From Felis catus (lineage: Eukaryota), in the NCBI RefSeq assembly GCF_018350175.1, contig NC_058368.1, positions 141,858,001 through 141,922,000 on the forward strand: a DNA stretch of 64,000 bases, in the 5' to 3' direction. Positions 12,426-26,464 of the stretch are shown here, one piece after another. The notes under the pieces are model-generated. The model did not search any database. It saw only the letters and a program-made list of their open reading frames with translations, and had not been told where the DNA came from. A program made the translations under genes and the position numbers. The stretch's first letter is position 1; the number at the start of each line of letters is the position of its first letter.

Positions 12426-12908
12426 TGTATTAGTTGCCTATGGCTGCTGTAACTAAATCTGCAACCCACAGATTTAGTGGCTTAAACCAAAAGAAATTTA
12501 TTCTCTTGCAGTTGTGGAGATCAGGAGTTCGAATCAGTTTCACTGGGCCTACGTGGAAGCTTTGGCAGAGTCATACTCTAAGAGACAATCTGTTCCTTGC
12601 CTTTTCTAGCTGCTAGAGCTGTATTCCTCTTAACCCTTGGCTCATGGCCCCTTCTTCCATCTTCCAACCCTTCTTTGCTGTACTCTGCTTGTCACATGGC
12701 CTTCTCTGCTGTGTCAGATCTCCCTGTTTCCCTCTTATAAGGACATTCATGATTGGACCATCAGGATAATCCAGAATAATCACCTTAACTCAAGATCCTC
12801 AACTGAAATGCATCTTGAAAAAATCTTTTTTTTACCATATGAGGGAACATTCACAGGTTCCAAGGACTAGAACATGGGTATCTTTGGGGCTATCATTCAG
12901 CCTACCAT
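12426..12908 (-). mobile_element. MaLR solo LTR, MLT1 family (MLT1C/D-like)
   Basis: Characteristic ends tgtattagttgcctatggctgctgtaac...ggcttaaaccaaaagaaatttattctc and tatctttggggctatcattcagcctacca. Confidence 0.85.
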
Positions 12909-12924
12909 GCCAGGTCTCGACAAT

Positions 12925-13850
12925 TTCTTTTTTTAAGTGAGGATTATTGAGGTATGGTTTATACATAATAAATTCACCCATTTAAAATATAGGTTTTGAT
13001 GAGTTTTCACAGTTGTATAACTACTATCACAGTCAAGATATAGAACATTTCCATTGGCCCCAAAACTTCCCCTATGCATCATTATAGGAATCTGATTTCT
13101 GTCCCTATAATTTTGCCTTTTCTAGAATGTCATATAAATGGAATCATATAGTATGTACAGTTTTTTGTGTCTTCTGGATTCTTTCACTTAGAATGATTTT
13201 TCTGAGATACATCCATATTGTTGTGTGTTCCTTCCTTTTTATTGCTGTATGGCATTCCATTGAATGGATATACCACAATTACTGAAGTCATTCACCAGTT
13301 AATGACATTTGGGTTGTTTTCTCTTTGGGCCAATTAGGAATAACGGTGCTATTCACAGTTGCTTGTAGATCTTTGTGTGGACCTGTTTACATTTCTCTTG
13401 AGTAAATACCTAGGAGTTGATAGATTGTGTGATATGTATGTGTTTAGCATTTTAAGAAACGGTTGAACAGATTTCCAAATAGCTGGATAATTTTGCATTC
13501 TTATTCGTGGGGTATGAGAAAGTTCCAGTTCCTCCACATCCTCACTAACACTTGATATGATCTTTCTTTTTAATTTTAGCAATTCTAGTAGGTATGTAGT
13601 GAGATCTCATTTTAGTTTTAATTTGCATTTCCCTGACACAGTGGTGTTGAACACATTTTCATACACCAATTAGCTATTTGTTTACCTTCTTTGGTGAAAT
13701 GTCTTTTCCATTTTTTTTTTGGCCCATTTTTTAATTGTTGATCTTCTTACTGAATCATCAGACGTCTTTATATAGTCTACATACAACTCCTTCATCAGAT
13801 GTGTTAGATGAACATCTCCCTTCATCTGTGGCTTATCTTTTCACTTATTA
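12925..13850 (-). mobile_element. Ancient LINE-1 3' fragment (L1MB/L1MC-like)
   Basis: Typical antisense L1 motifs: ttttattgctgtatggcattccattgaatggatataccacaatt, gagtaaatacctaggagt and ttttaatttgcatttccctga. Confidence 0.88.
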
Positions 13851-16800
13851 ACATCAATCATTTCTTAGGTTGGGAGTTGGGGTTAAAAAAATCCACCTAA
13901 AGAGAATTCATAATATAAAACTTTAGAGGGGAAAGCTTTTAAAAAGTGACACTAAATTAACTTACATATATCTTTTGAACCTCAATTTTGGTCTTAAAAT
14001 TAGTTACCTGAGGAAGAAAGTCATCTGGATCTCAGTCTCCTGGACTCCTGTTTTTAATTTCCTGCTACATGACTGAAAAATTCCCTTTCTTCAACTGTAA
14101 TTTTCATGGGGCACAAAATAGCATTTGTTATTCTCTCAACATTTGGCTCTGTAGCAATTGTAAAATGCTAATCATGGTGCTGAGCTGACATTCCTTGGTG
14201 ACATTGGCATATCGCAAAAGGTGTTTGGCAGGATCTGGGACTATACATATTGAAGTTGTTTATTTATTTTTGTTTAAGAAACAGACAGACAAGTTAATTT
14301 CACCTCCATTTGGGACACAGAAAAGAATCAATGTTTGCCAAATAGAAAAACACAAAATTGGTAAAGGGAAAAAAATTGTATTTTCAAGCTTCTAAGATGG
14401 AATTAGAAACAGAACGGGGGGAGGGGGGAGTTACACAAATGACTAGAGAGTGTCCCTCTTAAAATTGCCTCAGGCTTCTATTTGAAATTCTTGCTTCTTG
14501 AAAGTTCCCTGGGTGAAGGTTCTGTCACATGCTAAGAGTACAAAGCAACTTCAAAATACCTGGCTGGCATTTTCAATGACTGGGCACTGTTTTAAAAACA
14601 TTCTGTGACTTGAGAGTTGGGTGAATACCAAAAATTGGAATGTACAAATTGCTTCCTGCTAGAAATACACCCTTGTTTGAAGAAGGTTTCACAGGGCAGA
14701 GCCATATTTTAACACCCTGAACCTCGACACCCTCTGTCTCTCTGGGGAAGAAATGCCTAAGTAATGTTCTGAAAACCAGAACCCAGTTCCCTTAGGTCAG
14801 GGCACCCAGATCAGGGTGGGAGTGGGGCCACGTCACCCTATCTTTGTAGAGAGAGAGGGGAGAACAGGACAAAGCCTTCCCTGGGGCTCTTGCCCCACCA
14901 CTGCTGAAATGGCGCCCTGGAGAGAAATGTTATCAAACCATCTAATTCTGCCCTCCTGTCAGCTTGACAGGGACTTCGAATGCACAACTGGCCCAGAGCT
15001 GATTACCTTCAGGTGCGGTTAGGTCGAGTTAAAAATTCCATTAGCAGTGCACAGGCATTGGGAACAAGGTTTCACAGGGGTGGGCTTTTTCTAGTTAACA
15101 GAGAAGAAATGGCTTCTCATTTCACAGTTATCGCAGGGAGAGGACTCAGGTTCGTTTACATTCTACCAGGGGAAGCGTCTGGCTCCACAGGCCTGGAGGC
15201 AGAGGCCAGGAGTCAAAGAGGGAACACACTTTTCAGAGGGAAAACCGGTTGTCCCCCAGCCACGGCACCAGGCACAAGACGGGAGAGGGAGGGCCTACTT
15301 GGAACAGCCTCACATTAGATAGAGTCCCACCCAGCCACTGCCGTCAGTCACCCCGGTGCCCCTGCCCCCGCGCGTTTCTCAACCTAATTGTTTTTCATTT
15401 TCTCATAATAACCCTCCTCCTTCACCCTAAACCAAACACTGAAGCATTGCCCTCTATTTACCAAGCTCCAAGGCGTGCAATAAAGGTGAGTGCTGTTTGC
15501 TACTCTCTGCCTTGCTTTTAATTTTATTCCAGAAGAAAATCAATTAGACCGTCAGCGTCCCATCCTCCTTCTTTGAGGCTTTTGGGCCTGAATAGCTCAT
15601 CGAAGTACTTCCCCTGGCCTCAATATTTAATAAATGCTTGATTGTAATGGTTTTAAAAGGAAACAGAAAAAAGAAAAGAGGAGATAAGCGGCCAGGCAAC
15701 TTCAGAACAAAACTAGGCATTTGAAAGGACTCTTTAGGTTTGAGCTGTTTTTCCACTCAGGCAGCCTCCTGTATTGCTGACATTGTTTTACGATCAGGGC
15801 TTATACTCTCTGCTTTTTTCCTCATCTGCACACTTAAGCTGTTCATTAGCTCAGAATGGGGCATCCTGGCAGAGCGAGGAACCAACAAAGCAGTCACTGA
15901 GTTGCTGAGAGAGTGGCTGTTCCTCCCATGTAGTGGTTGTCTTGGGCCTTCCTGGGAGCCCTTGCCAGCTCGCTTCTGTCTGGCACCAGTTTAAATGGAG
16001 GGTGAGACCCCAGCAGCCGGGTACGGCGGCCAGCATGGGAATGTGTGGGGTCAGAGAACGGGGAGGGCTGGAGCCCCAAACAGGCACTGAGCAAACACCT
16101 TCTGGGGCTTCCCACTGACCTCATAGTCAGCCTGGCATTCAGGGGCTTCCATCGATCTGTCAGATATTGGCATGATGGTTTGCACACTTAGCTGCAACAT
16201 TGATCACAATGTGGCCGGGGGCTATGAAGGGTTCAAGGATATGGTGTGCTAAGGTACAAGGGCAGAGGGCTACCCATGCCAGGTGGGCACAAGAGAGGCC
16301 CTCAGATGTTTTTGGAAAAGGCCACGGGGGGCCTTGGTGCTGAGCACTGCAAACCAAAAAATCAACACAGAGAGCCAATGCCTTCTGGGCTGTTCCCAGA
16401 TAAGTACCTGTTTTAGTGTCTTATTCTCTCAACAAGAGATGAGCCCCTGAAGTCAGGGAACTTGTGGTCCTCACTGGCACACATCTGGGCTATAACACTC
16501 CTGTCTCAAGAAGGTGTCTGGTGTGTGTTGCAAGGAAGAGAGAAGTCATGGTGGGGACAGGAGCGGGGGACATCGGGAATCCCTGCTCTGCTCAGGATGC
16601 AGCTATGAGAGGAAACAGGGTTTTGAGAGGACACTGAGCCACCTCCTGGGGTCTACACAGGGGTCTGTTCCCACCGACCCCTGCAAAGGACAGGAGAGTG
16701 TCCTCCAGATCTGAGAGGGAAAGGGCAGTTCAGGAGTGTGGGAGTCAGCCCCAACCTGGCTAGCTTGCCTTCAAGTTTGTTGCTGGCCCTAGAGATGGCC

Positions 16801-18297
16801 TCTGGGGGCATGGGAGCAGATGCAGAGGAAGGTTCCTTGATTTTCTCCCTCTGCCACTGGCCTCAAGGCACTGCAAGGCTGGTCTGGGCAGTGGTTCGAC
16901 ATTTGACATATTTTAATCCCTGGCAAGCGGAAGAGTCTCTACGTGTTTCAGCAGAGATGAATACTGATGATCACTATGGATATCGCCAACAGGGCAGAGC
17001 ACCCTCTCAGCCAGAGCAATGCCTTTGACGGGGAGCCTTTGCCGTGGTCCACATGCCTACCTGAATGAGATGTGGGGTTTCTGAAGATTGTTGTTAGGTT
17101 TCATTTTCTTCTTGAACGTGGGGCTGTACACAGGGTTACTGGCACAAAACGTGCCACACTTTCTGTGGGATAACCTCCCTGAGTTAGATTCCTGCAGCTG
17201 GCTCCCTTCCTCCTCCTAGACACCTTTTCTCTTCCCCACATCTATTTTCATCACAGCCCCCACCCCTCGAGTAATTAATAATCTGCAAACGCTCCTGCCA
17301 GCCAATGTGGTCCTCTTTGCTGCCACAGGCTCTGTGCAATTGTGGTCACAGACAATCAGATTAAATGTCCTATCACCCAGCATTGATCAGATTAGCAACC
17401 TTGTGACTATTCATTAATTGTATTTTCTCTTGGAGCCCTATTCAACTCAATACCAAATGCATCGTTTGTGGCATAAAAAGTAAATACAAATAGGATGTTT
17501 GTTACTTTTAAAATGAACTATCTACTACTTTTCAAAACAGGGTATAAGAGGATAGGGAGGATAATGCAATGCTAATTTTCCTGGGGCAAAATAGCTAAGC
17601 TAGGAGATTTCTCAAGAGTCATTAAATTTCTATAAAAGGCCTTTTAAGATTCCTATTTCTTCAGCGGTTCAGGAAACTCCACTCTACCTTGGTAAATTTG
17701 GCCAGAGTCCCTGGGGCTACTTTTTTTGTGTGGTAGAAGTCAGAGAGGGCAGGCAAAACTCAGGAAGCCAAGGGGAATAGAAACTGGGTTATTTATGTAA
17801 GTGACTGGAGGAATCTCAAGTTCTATATGGGGTTTAAATACGATAGGAGGAAGAAGAATTTACCAAGGGCACTTCTCTGCTTGGCACACCCGAGGTCCAG
17901 AGGCTGGGCAGTGTTGTGCCGAATGACGCTGAGTCCAGCCAGAGGAAGAGGAACCTTAAGGGGATGGTCACTTCATCTTAATTCTTCACAACGTCTGCCT
18001 GAAGAAACTGAGGCCTGAACAGGAGGGAGGCTTGATGGAGGTCACTCACCGGCTGGTGAAGCACGTAAGTGGCACGCCTTCCACTAAGGTTACCGGCAGC
18101 CATCTGACATCTTGAGGGTCACCAGCAAACAAGAGTGTTTCACCAACTGCTCCTTTTCCAGGTTCATAGTGTTCCCATGGGAAGAAATTTAGAAAAATAG
18201 CTGTTAAACGGTTATCCATAAAAATTCCCTGAGGGTGCGATCTATCAGCGAGTAGAATTGTCTCCCTAGAGAAATGGTTAAGAATGTCATTATTTGA

Positions 18298-18511
18298 GGG
18301 GTACCTGGATGGCTTGAGTCAGTTAACCGTCCCACTTCACCTCAGGTCATGATCTCACAGTTCAGTTCGTGAGTTCCAGCCCCATGTCGGGCTCTGTGCT
18401 GACAGCTCAGAGCCTGGAGCCTGCTTCAGATTCTGTGTCTCCCTCTCTCTCTGCCCCTCCCATGCTCACGCTCTGTCTGTCTCTCTCTCTCAAAAACAAA
18501 CATTAAAAAAA
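18298..18511 (+). mobile_element. CanSINE with 16-bp TSD
   Basis: TSD gaatgtcattatttga at 18282-18297 and 18513-18528. Confidence 0.95.
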
Positions 18512-18719
18512 GGAATGTCATTATTTGATACTATTAAAATTATATTACCTGGAGAACAGAGGGAAACGGGGAAACAGGGCTCTTGGAAGAATCCATAAAC
18601 AGAAGCAGTGTCACATGTTCTACCATCACGTACTTGTCGTGGGAACATTTGCATTTTCCTTGTGCACTTAATAAAGCCACTTCTTTCCCAGTCTATAGCA
18701 GAGAACACCTGCTACTTGG

Positions 18720-18750
18720 ATTTTTTTTTTTTTTTTACTTTTTATTTATT

Positions 18751-18792
<42 letters not shown>

Positions 18793-18960
18793 GGGGGAGG
18801 GGAGGGGCAGAGAGAGAGAGAAGGAGACACAGAATCTGAAGCAGGCTCCAAGCTCTGAGCTGTCAGCACAGAGTCTGAGTGGGGCTCAAACCCACCAACA
18901 GAGAGATATTGACCTGAGCCAAAGTTGGACGCTTAACCTACTGAGCCACCCAGGTGTCCC
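18720..18960 (-). mobile_element. CanSINE with an expanded (GA)n tract
   Basis: Poly-T tail, (GA)n at about 18754-18791, and head ending ccacccaggtgtccc. Confidence 0.93.
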
Positions 18961-18971
18961 TGGATTTTTTT

Positions 18972-19208
18972 TATTTTTTTATTATTTATTAAAAAAATTT
19001 TTTTTATTGTTTATTTATTTTTGAGACAGAGAGAGACAGAGCATGAACGGGGGAGGGCCAGAGAGAGAGGGAGACACAGAATCCGAAACAGGCTCCAGGC
19101 TCCAAGCTGTCAGCACAGAGGCCGACGGGGGGCTTGGACTCACAGATCACGAGATCATGACCTCAGCCGAAGTCGGACGCTTAACCTACTGAGTCATCCA
19201 GGCGCCCC
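18972..19208 (-). mobile_element. SINEC_Fc inserted at the head of the preceding SINE
   Basis: Flanked by tccctggattttttt at 18957-18971 and 19210-19224. Confidence 0.93.
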
Positions 19209-19530
19209 ATCCCTGGATTTTTTTAAATATAATGTTCATAATTGACTGACAAGCTCCAGGCACCATGCTGGGCACTCTACCTCATTGATGACTTTTAGGT
19301 TCCCTTCCCATCCACACTGTCTCTGCAGAGGACTTTCTCACATGTGCTGGGCAGCAGGGCGGATACTGGCGCAGGACCATAGCCCGGTTCAAGATGTAGA
19401 ACTTGGCAAGGGACTGGCTGCTCCAAAAACCTGCTCCCTCATCATTGAAATGCAGATGAACACAGGTCCTCCAAAACCCGGCTACTGTGAAGGCACTGAG
19501 AAAAGGTAGGTTAAGAAATGATTAGCTGAA

Positions 19531-19766
19531 GGGGTGCCTGGGTGGCTCAGTCAGTTAAGCCTCTGACTTCAGCTCAGATCAAGATCTTGCAGCTTGTGAG
19601 TTCGAGCCCCACTTTGGGCCCTGTGCTAACAACTCAGATTCAGACAGAGCCTGAAGCCTGCCTCAGATTCTGTGTCCTCCCTCTGCCTCTGCCCCTTCCC
19701 CGCTCGTGGCCCATCTCTGTTTCTCAAAAATAAATAAATGTTAAAAATTAAAACAATAATACTAAA
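19531..19766 (+). mobile_element. CanSINE with 18-bp TSD
   Basis: TSD aagaaatgattagctgaa at 19513-19530 and 19767-19784. Confidence 0.95.
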
Positions 19767-20915
19767 AAGAAATGATTAGCTGAAGACCAAGCATAGGAGG
19801 CCCTCCATCGGGAAAGAGAGCTTAAAAAAAAAAAAAAAAAGGTACAATCAGTGTGAATCTACTGTTTTCCTTTCCCACTTAGATATTTTCCATATTTCTT
19901 TATTATTTACTTCTGATAGCCTGTGAATCTCATAGGAGCACAAATTCTCTCCAAAACAGATTTAATTGGGGGTAAAAAGGAAAAAGGCGGGAATCCTATG
20001 AAAAAGAAATCCCTGTGGCCATGTAAATGTGAGGGGTAAACATTTCGCTGACAGAAAGACTCGAGTTTGTTATTCCATGAAAATCTACCTAATTTATAGG
20101 TTACAGTGCTACCCCAAAAGGTTAGGTTAAATTCACCCTTAGAGAAATTTTAATTTCAGTATTACTCTTGTTATAATCTGGGAGGTTTCCCAAGATGGAA
20201 ATGACAGTAGAAAAATAGGGGCCCATCTGAGAAACTCATCTAACAGGCAATTTGGGGGCAAATATATATATTCTGGTTTGTATAGTTTAGCACTAAAATG
20301 TACTTGAGTATTACCTAAGAACATGTCTACTTAATCTTAACCAATGGGTTATGGGAATCATCAAAAATCAAACACAATAAAAAGGAACAATATTTATGGC
20401 ATTTTAAAGTCTATCCTATTATTGGTTAGTGCTCCCCTCAATTGTTTAACTGCAATTGGTTCCACTTTCTCAGTGTGGATGATTTTTATACATCTGAGTT
20501 AAAAAATAATGCTGCTTGCAAGTGAAAAGTTAAAGACCAAGACAAGGCCTATTAGAATAACATTACACTTTTTTATTCCCTGCACTTATTTCGTCAATTA
20601 CTAATTATTTCCCTTTTCCTATGCAACAAAATAGAAGCCATAAAATCTTTGATTTAATGAAAACTTCCTTACCAAATAGGTCCTCCAACTCTGCTGAAGG
20701 CTTATAGGTAATTTATCTACCTCAGTAGGCAATGACCTTTTGTGAATCATGAGTCATTCCTCACTCCTAATGAGATGGATCCAGATGCCATCCCACCCTC
20801 TGCATGGCCCCCCGCCTTCCTCCATCCGAGGGAGGCGGCACCGCTCTGCACCCTGCCTCCCAACTTCTTCGAAGTGGGCTGTAATTAGTCCCTGCGCCGT
20901 GAACCTGCTCAGGAG

Positions 20916-21003
20916 GGAATCATCCTCGTCCCTGCGCTTCCTCCTTAAGGTGGCCGAACGGAATCATCCTCGTCCCTGCGCTTCCTCCTTAAGGTGGCCG
21001 AAC
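20916..21003. repeat. Perfect 44-bp tandem duplication
   Basis: ggaatcatcctcgtccctgcgcttcctccttaaggtggccgaac at 20916-20959 and 20960-21003. Confidence 0.97.
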
Positions 21004-24000
21004 ACTGAATATTCTCTAAATGGCCCCGAGGAAAAAAGGGTGAGGGGTGGGAGAGGCCAAGAAAAGTCTGATCATTGTCTGAGCAGTAGAAAGAACTTCC
21101 TGGTGCCTGGAGAGGCCTCTCTGCCTACTCTTCTCAAACCACAGTCGTGGAGAAATAACCTGGTGCTGGGAATGCCATCTTGGACTCAGTGTTTTAGCAG
21201 CAAAGAGCAGTGCATACTGGGAGCCACGCTGTGGTCCTGTGGTCTCCTGGCACTTTTGACTGAGTAGATTCCAGTGTATACGTTTATTTGTAAATTGGAT
21301 TCTGTATTGCTGACTGTATATTATACATATGTATTGCTACTTATAATGTATTACTAATTATATATACATGGGGCACTAACTATATATATTACTGTACATG
21401 TATATTTACTGTCCAGTACAATATAGTAAGTGCGTTATAAAGCAAATACAATAACAGAACAGGCATGAGATAAATAATAAAGATGAATAAAGGTTTTAAT
21501 ATCTTCTCCCTGTTTACTTCTGGATATTATAAATCTTCTGCTTCCTAGGGGTCCAGAGAGGGAGGAAGGACACTTGTGCTCTTCTTGGTCCTAGTAGATC
21601 ACCACATGGCCAGAATAACAGTGCTGGCGCCACTTAAACTCCCCATATCACATGTGCTCCCCACCAGTGTCTGAGATGAAGGAACAGGAGGTTAACTGAA
21701 AGATCCAATGGTTTCCCCCACCCCACCTCACCCCACCCCTGCAACATGTTTTTCATGCTATGCTTTCCATTTACAGGAGCGGCCTTTGCTAGGAGAGTGA
21801 AAATATTTGCAGATGAACAGCTCTGGAGCTCCTTCCAGAATGTCTGATGAATTCGTCTTCAAAAGAGGTGGGCAATGGTGGAAGGTCTAGAAACACGGCT
21901 GCAGGCTGAGGAGAGGTAGGCATAGGCGACCCCACTCTGGCCCGTCGTGCACAGCCTGAGAACGCCACACTGCCGGGGGCTCCCACATAGGCGAGGGCTT
22001 GTCCTTTCTCACTGCAAAGGCAGAAGGAAATTAGAAGTGGTCTTTCACTGGTGCCTTCACCAGAGGAACATCCACCTGAATGGAAGGGATGTGAGCCTTG
22101 CAAAGGTACCAGCAGGTAGGGGGCATGGAGGGTGCATGGAGCGACATCAGTTGGAACATTTCCACACCTGACTTTGATTGCTTCTTGCAGCCACGTCTGT
22201 ACAGCATGATCAATAGTTGAAAGTAGCCAGCAAATCAAAGTGCGTAAAAAATCCAAACTTGGAAGTGTCTGTTCAAGCGTTATAAAATTAATAAGTATAT
22301 TCATATAACTAATTAAATGAGGTTACCTATTTTAAATGTACGAGGTTGAACAAAACAGACTCTACGTACTAATTTAAAATTAAATTTTTTTTTTTCTGGG
22401 GAGAAAAGAAATCTAATTCCTTCTCCTAGGATATTTCCTTATAGGATCTGATACTCCTATTTAAATTCTAATAAAAGAAAGAGAGTCATGGAAAAATTGT
22501 GGTTTTTTTTAATAACACATTCAAAAAAGAATTCCTTGATGACTTTGCACATTTGAAAAAAGTAAGCTACCAAGAATACTAAATACTTGAAGCTATGTTT
22601 TAGGGAGCTAATTTTCAATAAAAAAAAAAATAAAACAAGAAGGAAATAGCCCTACCGATGCACAGTTTATTTCTAGGTCAATGATTTTGCTTTATTCACA
22701 TGTCTGGGTGAGGCTGGCGCGTGCGACCTGCCAACTGAAGCCACTGCATTTGACACATTTCAGTGTCAGCTGTGGGATTTCTGCCTTAAATCTGTCAGGA
22801 TGGCCCTGTGGCCACTTCTGCAAAAACCCTTGGGGACAAAATTTATTGTTATACCTCAATAGCTTTTTGTTCACCTCCAAAATAGGGGTCCAGGGTCATA
22901 CTAATGATTGTGGAGAGACAAAATGCTCTCTCTATATTTTATTAAACAGATCTCTTAATAATTAATCAAATGTGAAAATTATTTTCCATCACTCTGACAC
23001 TAAGGCTAAAGCATTGCAATTTTTTTCTCAGCCTGTTTCTTTTCCCTTTAAATTGCCCTCGGTAGATTCCCTCAGCTGCAAAGCAAGTGAGTAGAGAAAG
23101 CCCAATTTACGACTTCGCTTTTTAGACCATAATCACCCCTCTGGGCTTCTACTGGGGAAGGGTTGGGGGGTGTTGTAGGTTGTCAGATAAACACCTGAGA
23201 AGGTGTGTTCTTGGGACCCCCAGATCCATTGAGGGGCCATGATAACATGAATGTCCACCCAGAGCCAGGCATCACGGCACCTCTATCAAGAGACGGCATT
23301 ATTGGAATAAAGGCATGGCTCTTTCCCTCAACGAGTTTCTGTGTTTGGGGGAGAAGACAGCTTGGTGAAGTAAGAATCGCTTTGTTCATCTCTGGACGTG
23401 AGAAGGGGACACTGCATCGCTTACGAACTAGCCCTGAGTTCCGCTTCCAGGCATTTTGGCAGTGGCATTTGCTCTATTTTCATCCTCCGGCAAGACCGCT
23501 TCAGGAGCTGGGTGATGTCTTAGGGAGTCGGCCCCGCGTCCCTGACAGATTAATACCAGATAAGGGACATTGCTAGGGAAATGCACGGCAAGCAGTTCTT
23601 CTGACCTTTCCTTACTGAAAGGTCAGAGAGAAATTAGAGGTGGTCTTTCATTGCTGCCTTCCTCTAAGAACATCCCATCTGAATGTGTAAGATGTGAGCC
23701 TTTGCAAACACAGGACTAAGCATGTGCGGGGAGGGCGGGGGGTGTGGAGTTGGGCTGATATTCACAGAGGGGGCTCTGAGGAGTGTGTGGGGAAGGGGGC
23801 GGTGTGTAGGTGCACAGCTGAAACCACCGAACTAGGTAATGCGGGAGGAGCTAAGTGGGCGACAGGAGTGGGTGAGAAGCGCACAGAAGAGCAAGGGCTG
23901 CCGACAGCAGCATCAATATTCTCCCTCTGAGCACTAATTACATTATTAAGCAAACAGACCAACACAGGGTGTGAGGGATGGAAACATGTATTTAGGACCC

Positions 24001-26464
24001 AGTCACTATCCACTTGGTTGTAAATAATCGTGTGCATACACAGTTCTTTCCCTCCAAAGTGCACAACTGGGCACTTTCCTTACTTTCTCTTTAATTTACT
24101 AAGCTTGAGAAAGGGACATATTGTTGCCATGCCAGCCGTTCTTGGAGTCAGATCCTCTGTATTCTGTGCTAGCCAGCTCTATCAGGTATTTCTGAAAGTG
24201 GTGGCCACAGCAGCCACCATCTCCCCAGAGAAGAGGCAGGATTCAAGAGGCACAGGAAATAGGCTTCAGGAGTAGCAACATGCATTTTCTTGGCTGCAAA
24301 GAGCATGTACTTGCTAATTAGACCTTTGCAATATACGAGAGCCCAAATCTCCTTTGATCTGGCTAAATCCAGTCTAAAGAGGTGGGTGTAAACACAGGAT
24401 TGGAAGAAACCAGGAACAACATGGAAAGGATTTGTATGCAATGGGAATAAATCTGTTACCAAAAAAAAAAAAAAAAAAAAAAAAAGTCTAAGAGGAGCTT
24501 GCAGAAGGAAATCTGTGGCAGGCTGAGCCAGCCGGGTGAATGGCAGAGAGAATAGAGGCTATTTGAATACTGATGTGGCCCTCACTTTCTTCCATTTCCA
24601 TTAATGACATGCTCATCAAGGGCAAACAATGGGACCGGCTGCCGGCGCCTGTCACAGTGTGTGGGTGCTGGGATGCCAGGCTGTCATCCCTGGGCTGCAT
24701 TTAGAGACCTGCACGCTAATAAGAAGTGCTCTGTGCCGTCAATGCAGACAGGTGCTTCCGCGGCTGGGACATGCTCCATTCCCTTCCCCCTGAAACCCTC
24801 CTCTCCCAGCCCCCCTGACAGACACCATGAAATGCACAAATTAACAGCCCCATCATGTTGGGCTGCTGCTGCCTGCGGTGAAAGCAGAAAATCAAGTTGT
24901 CACCCAGGGTGCAGTGATAAAGCCACAGCCTCATTTCTCTGTTGGTGCCCTATAATAGCAAATGCCAGACAGCTGGATGGATGGGAGGCTTTAGATTAAG
25001 GCCTTGATGCACTCTGGCCAGAGAATTAGTAGTTGCTGTTTCCATGTGGATATTCTGTTCAAAACAAACATCTGGAGAAAGCAAAGTTTCCTAGGGCAGA
25101 GTACCCTTGGCTTCTTCTGGAATCAAAGAAAACAACCAAAAGAGAGTGGTGTTGCCTTTCAAACAATCCCAGTTAAGATTCTGACTGTGCATTTGCTCAG
25201 AACTTTATCAAGGACTTAGAGCTACGCAAAGGTTAACAAGTAAGCAGAGTCCAGTGCTGAGGCCAATCTCGAAGCAGAGAACAGTTCCTGGGTGCAAACA
25301 GGGCCTTGGGCTACTTCACCTCCCAGTCAGCAAGTTCCCGGATAGACTCGTTCTTTCCGAATATGTAGACCCCTTAAGTGCTCTCTGCCTCAGGCTGCCC
25401 CCGCCCAACCCCCAAGCTGTTCTGCTCCTCAGTACATGTCGTCATAGACTGAAGCTACTTGTCATGAAATAATAGATACGAAGCACCCTGCTCCCCTGGC
25501 ACCACAGCCAGTTGGCTCTAAGTTTCTGGTGGCCTGACCGAGCCTGGCCTGACATGGCTGAGCATGCAAAAGGCAAGAAATGGAGGGGCCTGAGCCCTTC
25601 AGACTCCAAGGAGTTTAATGACATAATGGCCTGAGAACTTCAACATAAAACAGGAAGAGCAACTAACGAAACTTACAACATAAAACCCCCCTCCTGTCAT
25701 TTTTATAGTAACAGTAAAACACTTTATTGAATTTATGAGCTACATAATGACTATGAAGAATGTAAGTTGAATTAGAACCAACTCGGAAGTATAATATCAA
25801 CTATAACTATAAACCCTTTTCTATTACCCCATCCCTTCAGCTTTTTCTGTCCTCTTCCTTTTAACCAGGGGACATTGCCTTCCTCAGACTTACGCCTGAG
25901 ACAGAGTTCATAACTTGCTAATAAATCTTGACTCTCCCTCCAAAGCTCCACGCTGATAAACCTCCAAGGGGGTAGACTCTCTCTCTAGGGGTGACCATTC
26001 CCCTCTCGAAGCCTCCGAGCCATTAAAATGCATTTTAGAAAAGAAACCAGTTTGTCTTTTCTTTGCATAAAGCCTGTCAAATCCAGAGGCTCTCTGAGGA
26101 TATACATCACGTATTTCAATATCCGTAACTCCACACGGTAACGGCCTTTCCAAAACAGACATACTACAATCCCCTTACAAGTTTTCGAGAAGCACCTCAG
26201 TCAAGGATTCAGCCTGTGTGTGTGTGTGGGGGGGGGTGGTGGTGGTCAATTCCTAATGACTGGATGGGGGAAACGCAGATCACTGAGCTAAGCAGCGTGC
26301 TGGGCTGTGTTTTCTGTTTCCATTTCGCTCCTTAAGTCTTTCTGTTCCCAAAGGATTTTTTTCTGGAGGGGTAATAAAATAAAATGGGTGAAACAAAGCC
26401 ATAAGCCAGTTAAGTCTGAAAGACATGTCATCTCATCTAAAAGGAAGAAACGGACCATTTCCAT

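Noticed and set aside
13349..13582. ORF resembling the L1 ORF2 C-terminus
   Set aside because: Degenerate remnant of an ancient LINE-1, not an intact gene.
20916..21003. Direct repeats as a possible CRISPR-like array
   Set aside because: Only two adjacent copies with no spacers, in a mammalian context.
20749..21267. 172-aa ORF, the longest in the track
   Set aside because: No recognisable protein, and its continuity runs through a 44-bp duplication that is not a multiple of three, so it would not be open in the single-copy state.
21789..22304. 171-aa minus-strand ORF
   Set aside because: No homology that I recognise and no splice or codon-bias support. It is compatible with chance.
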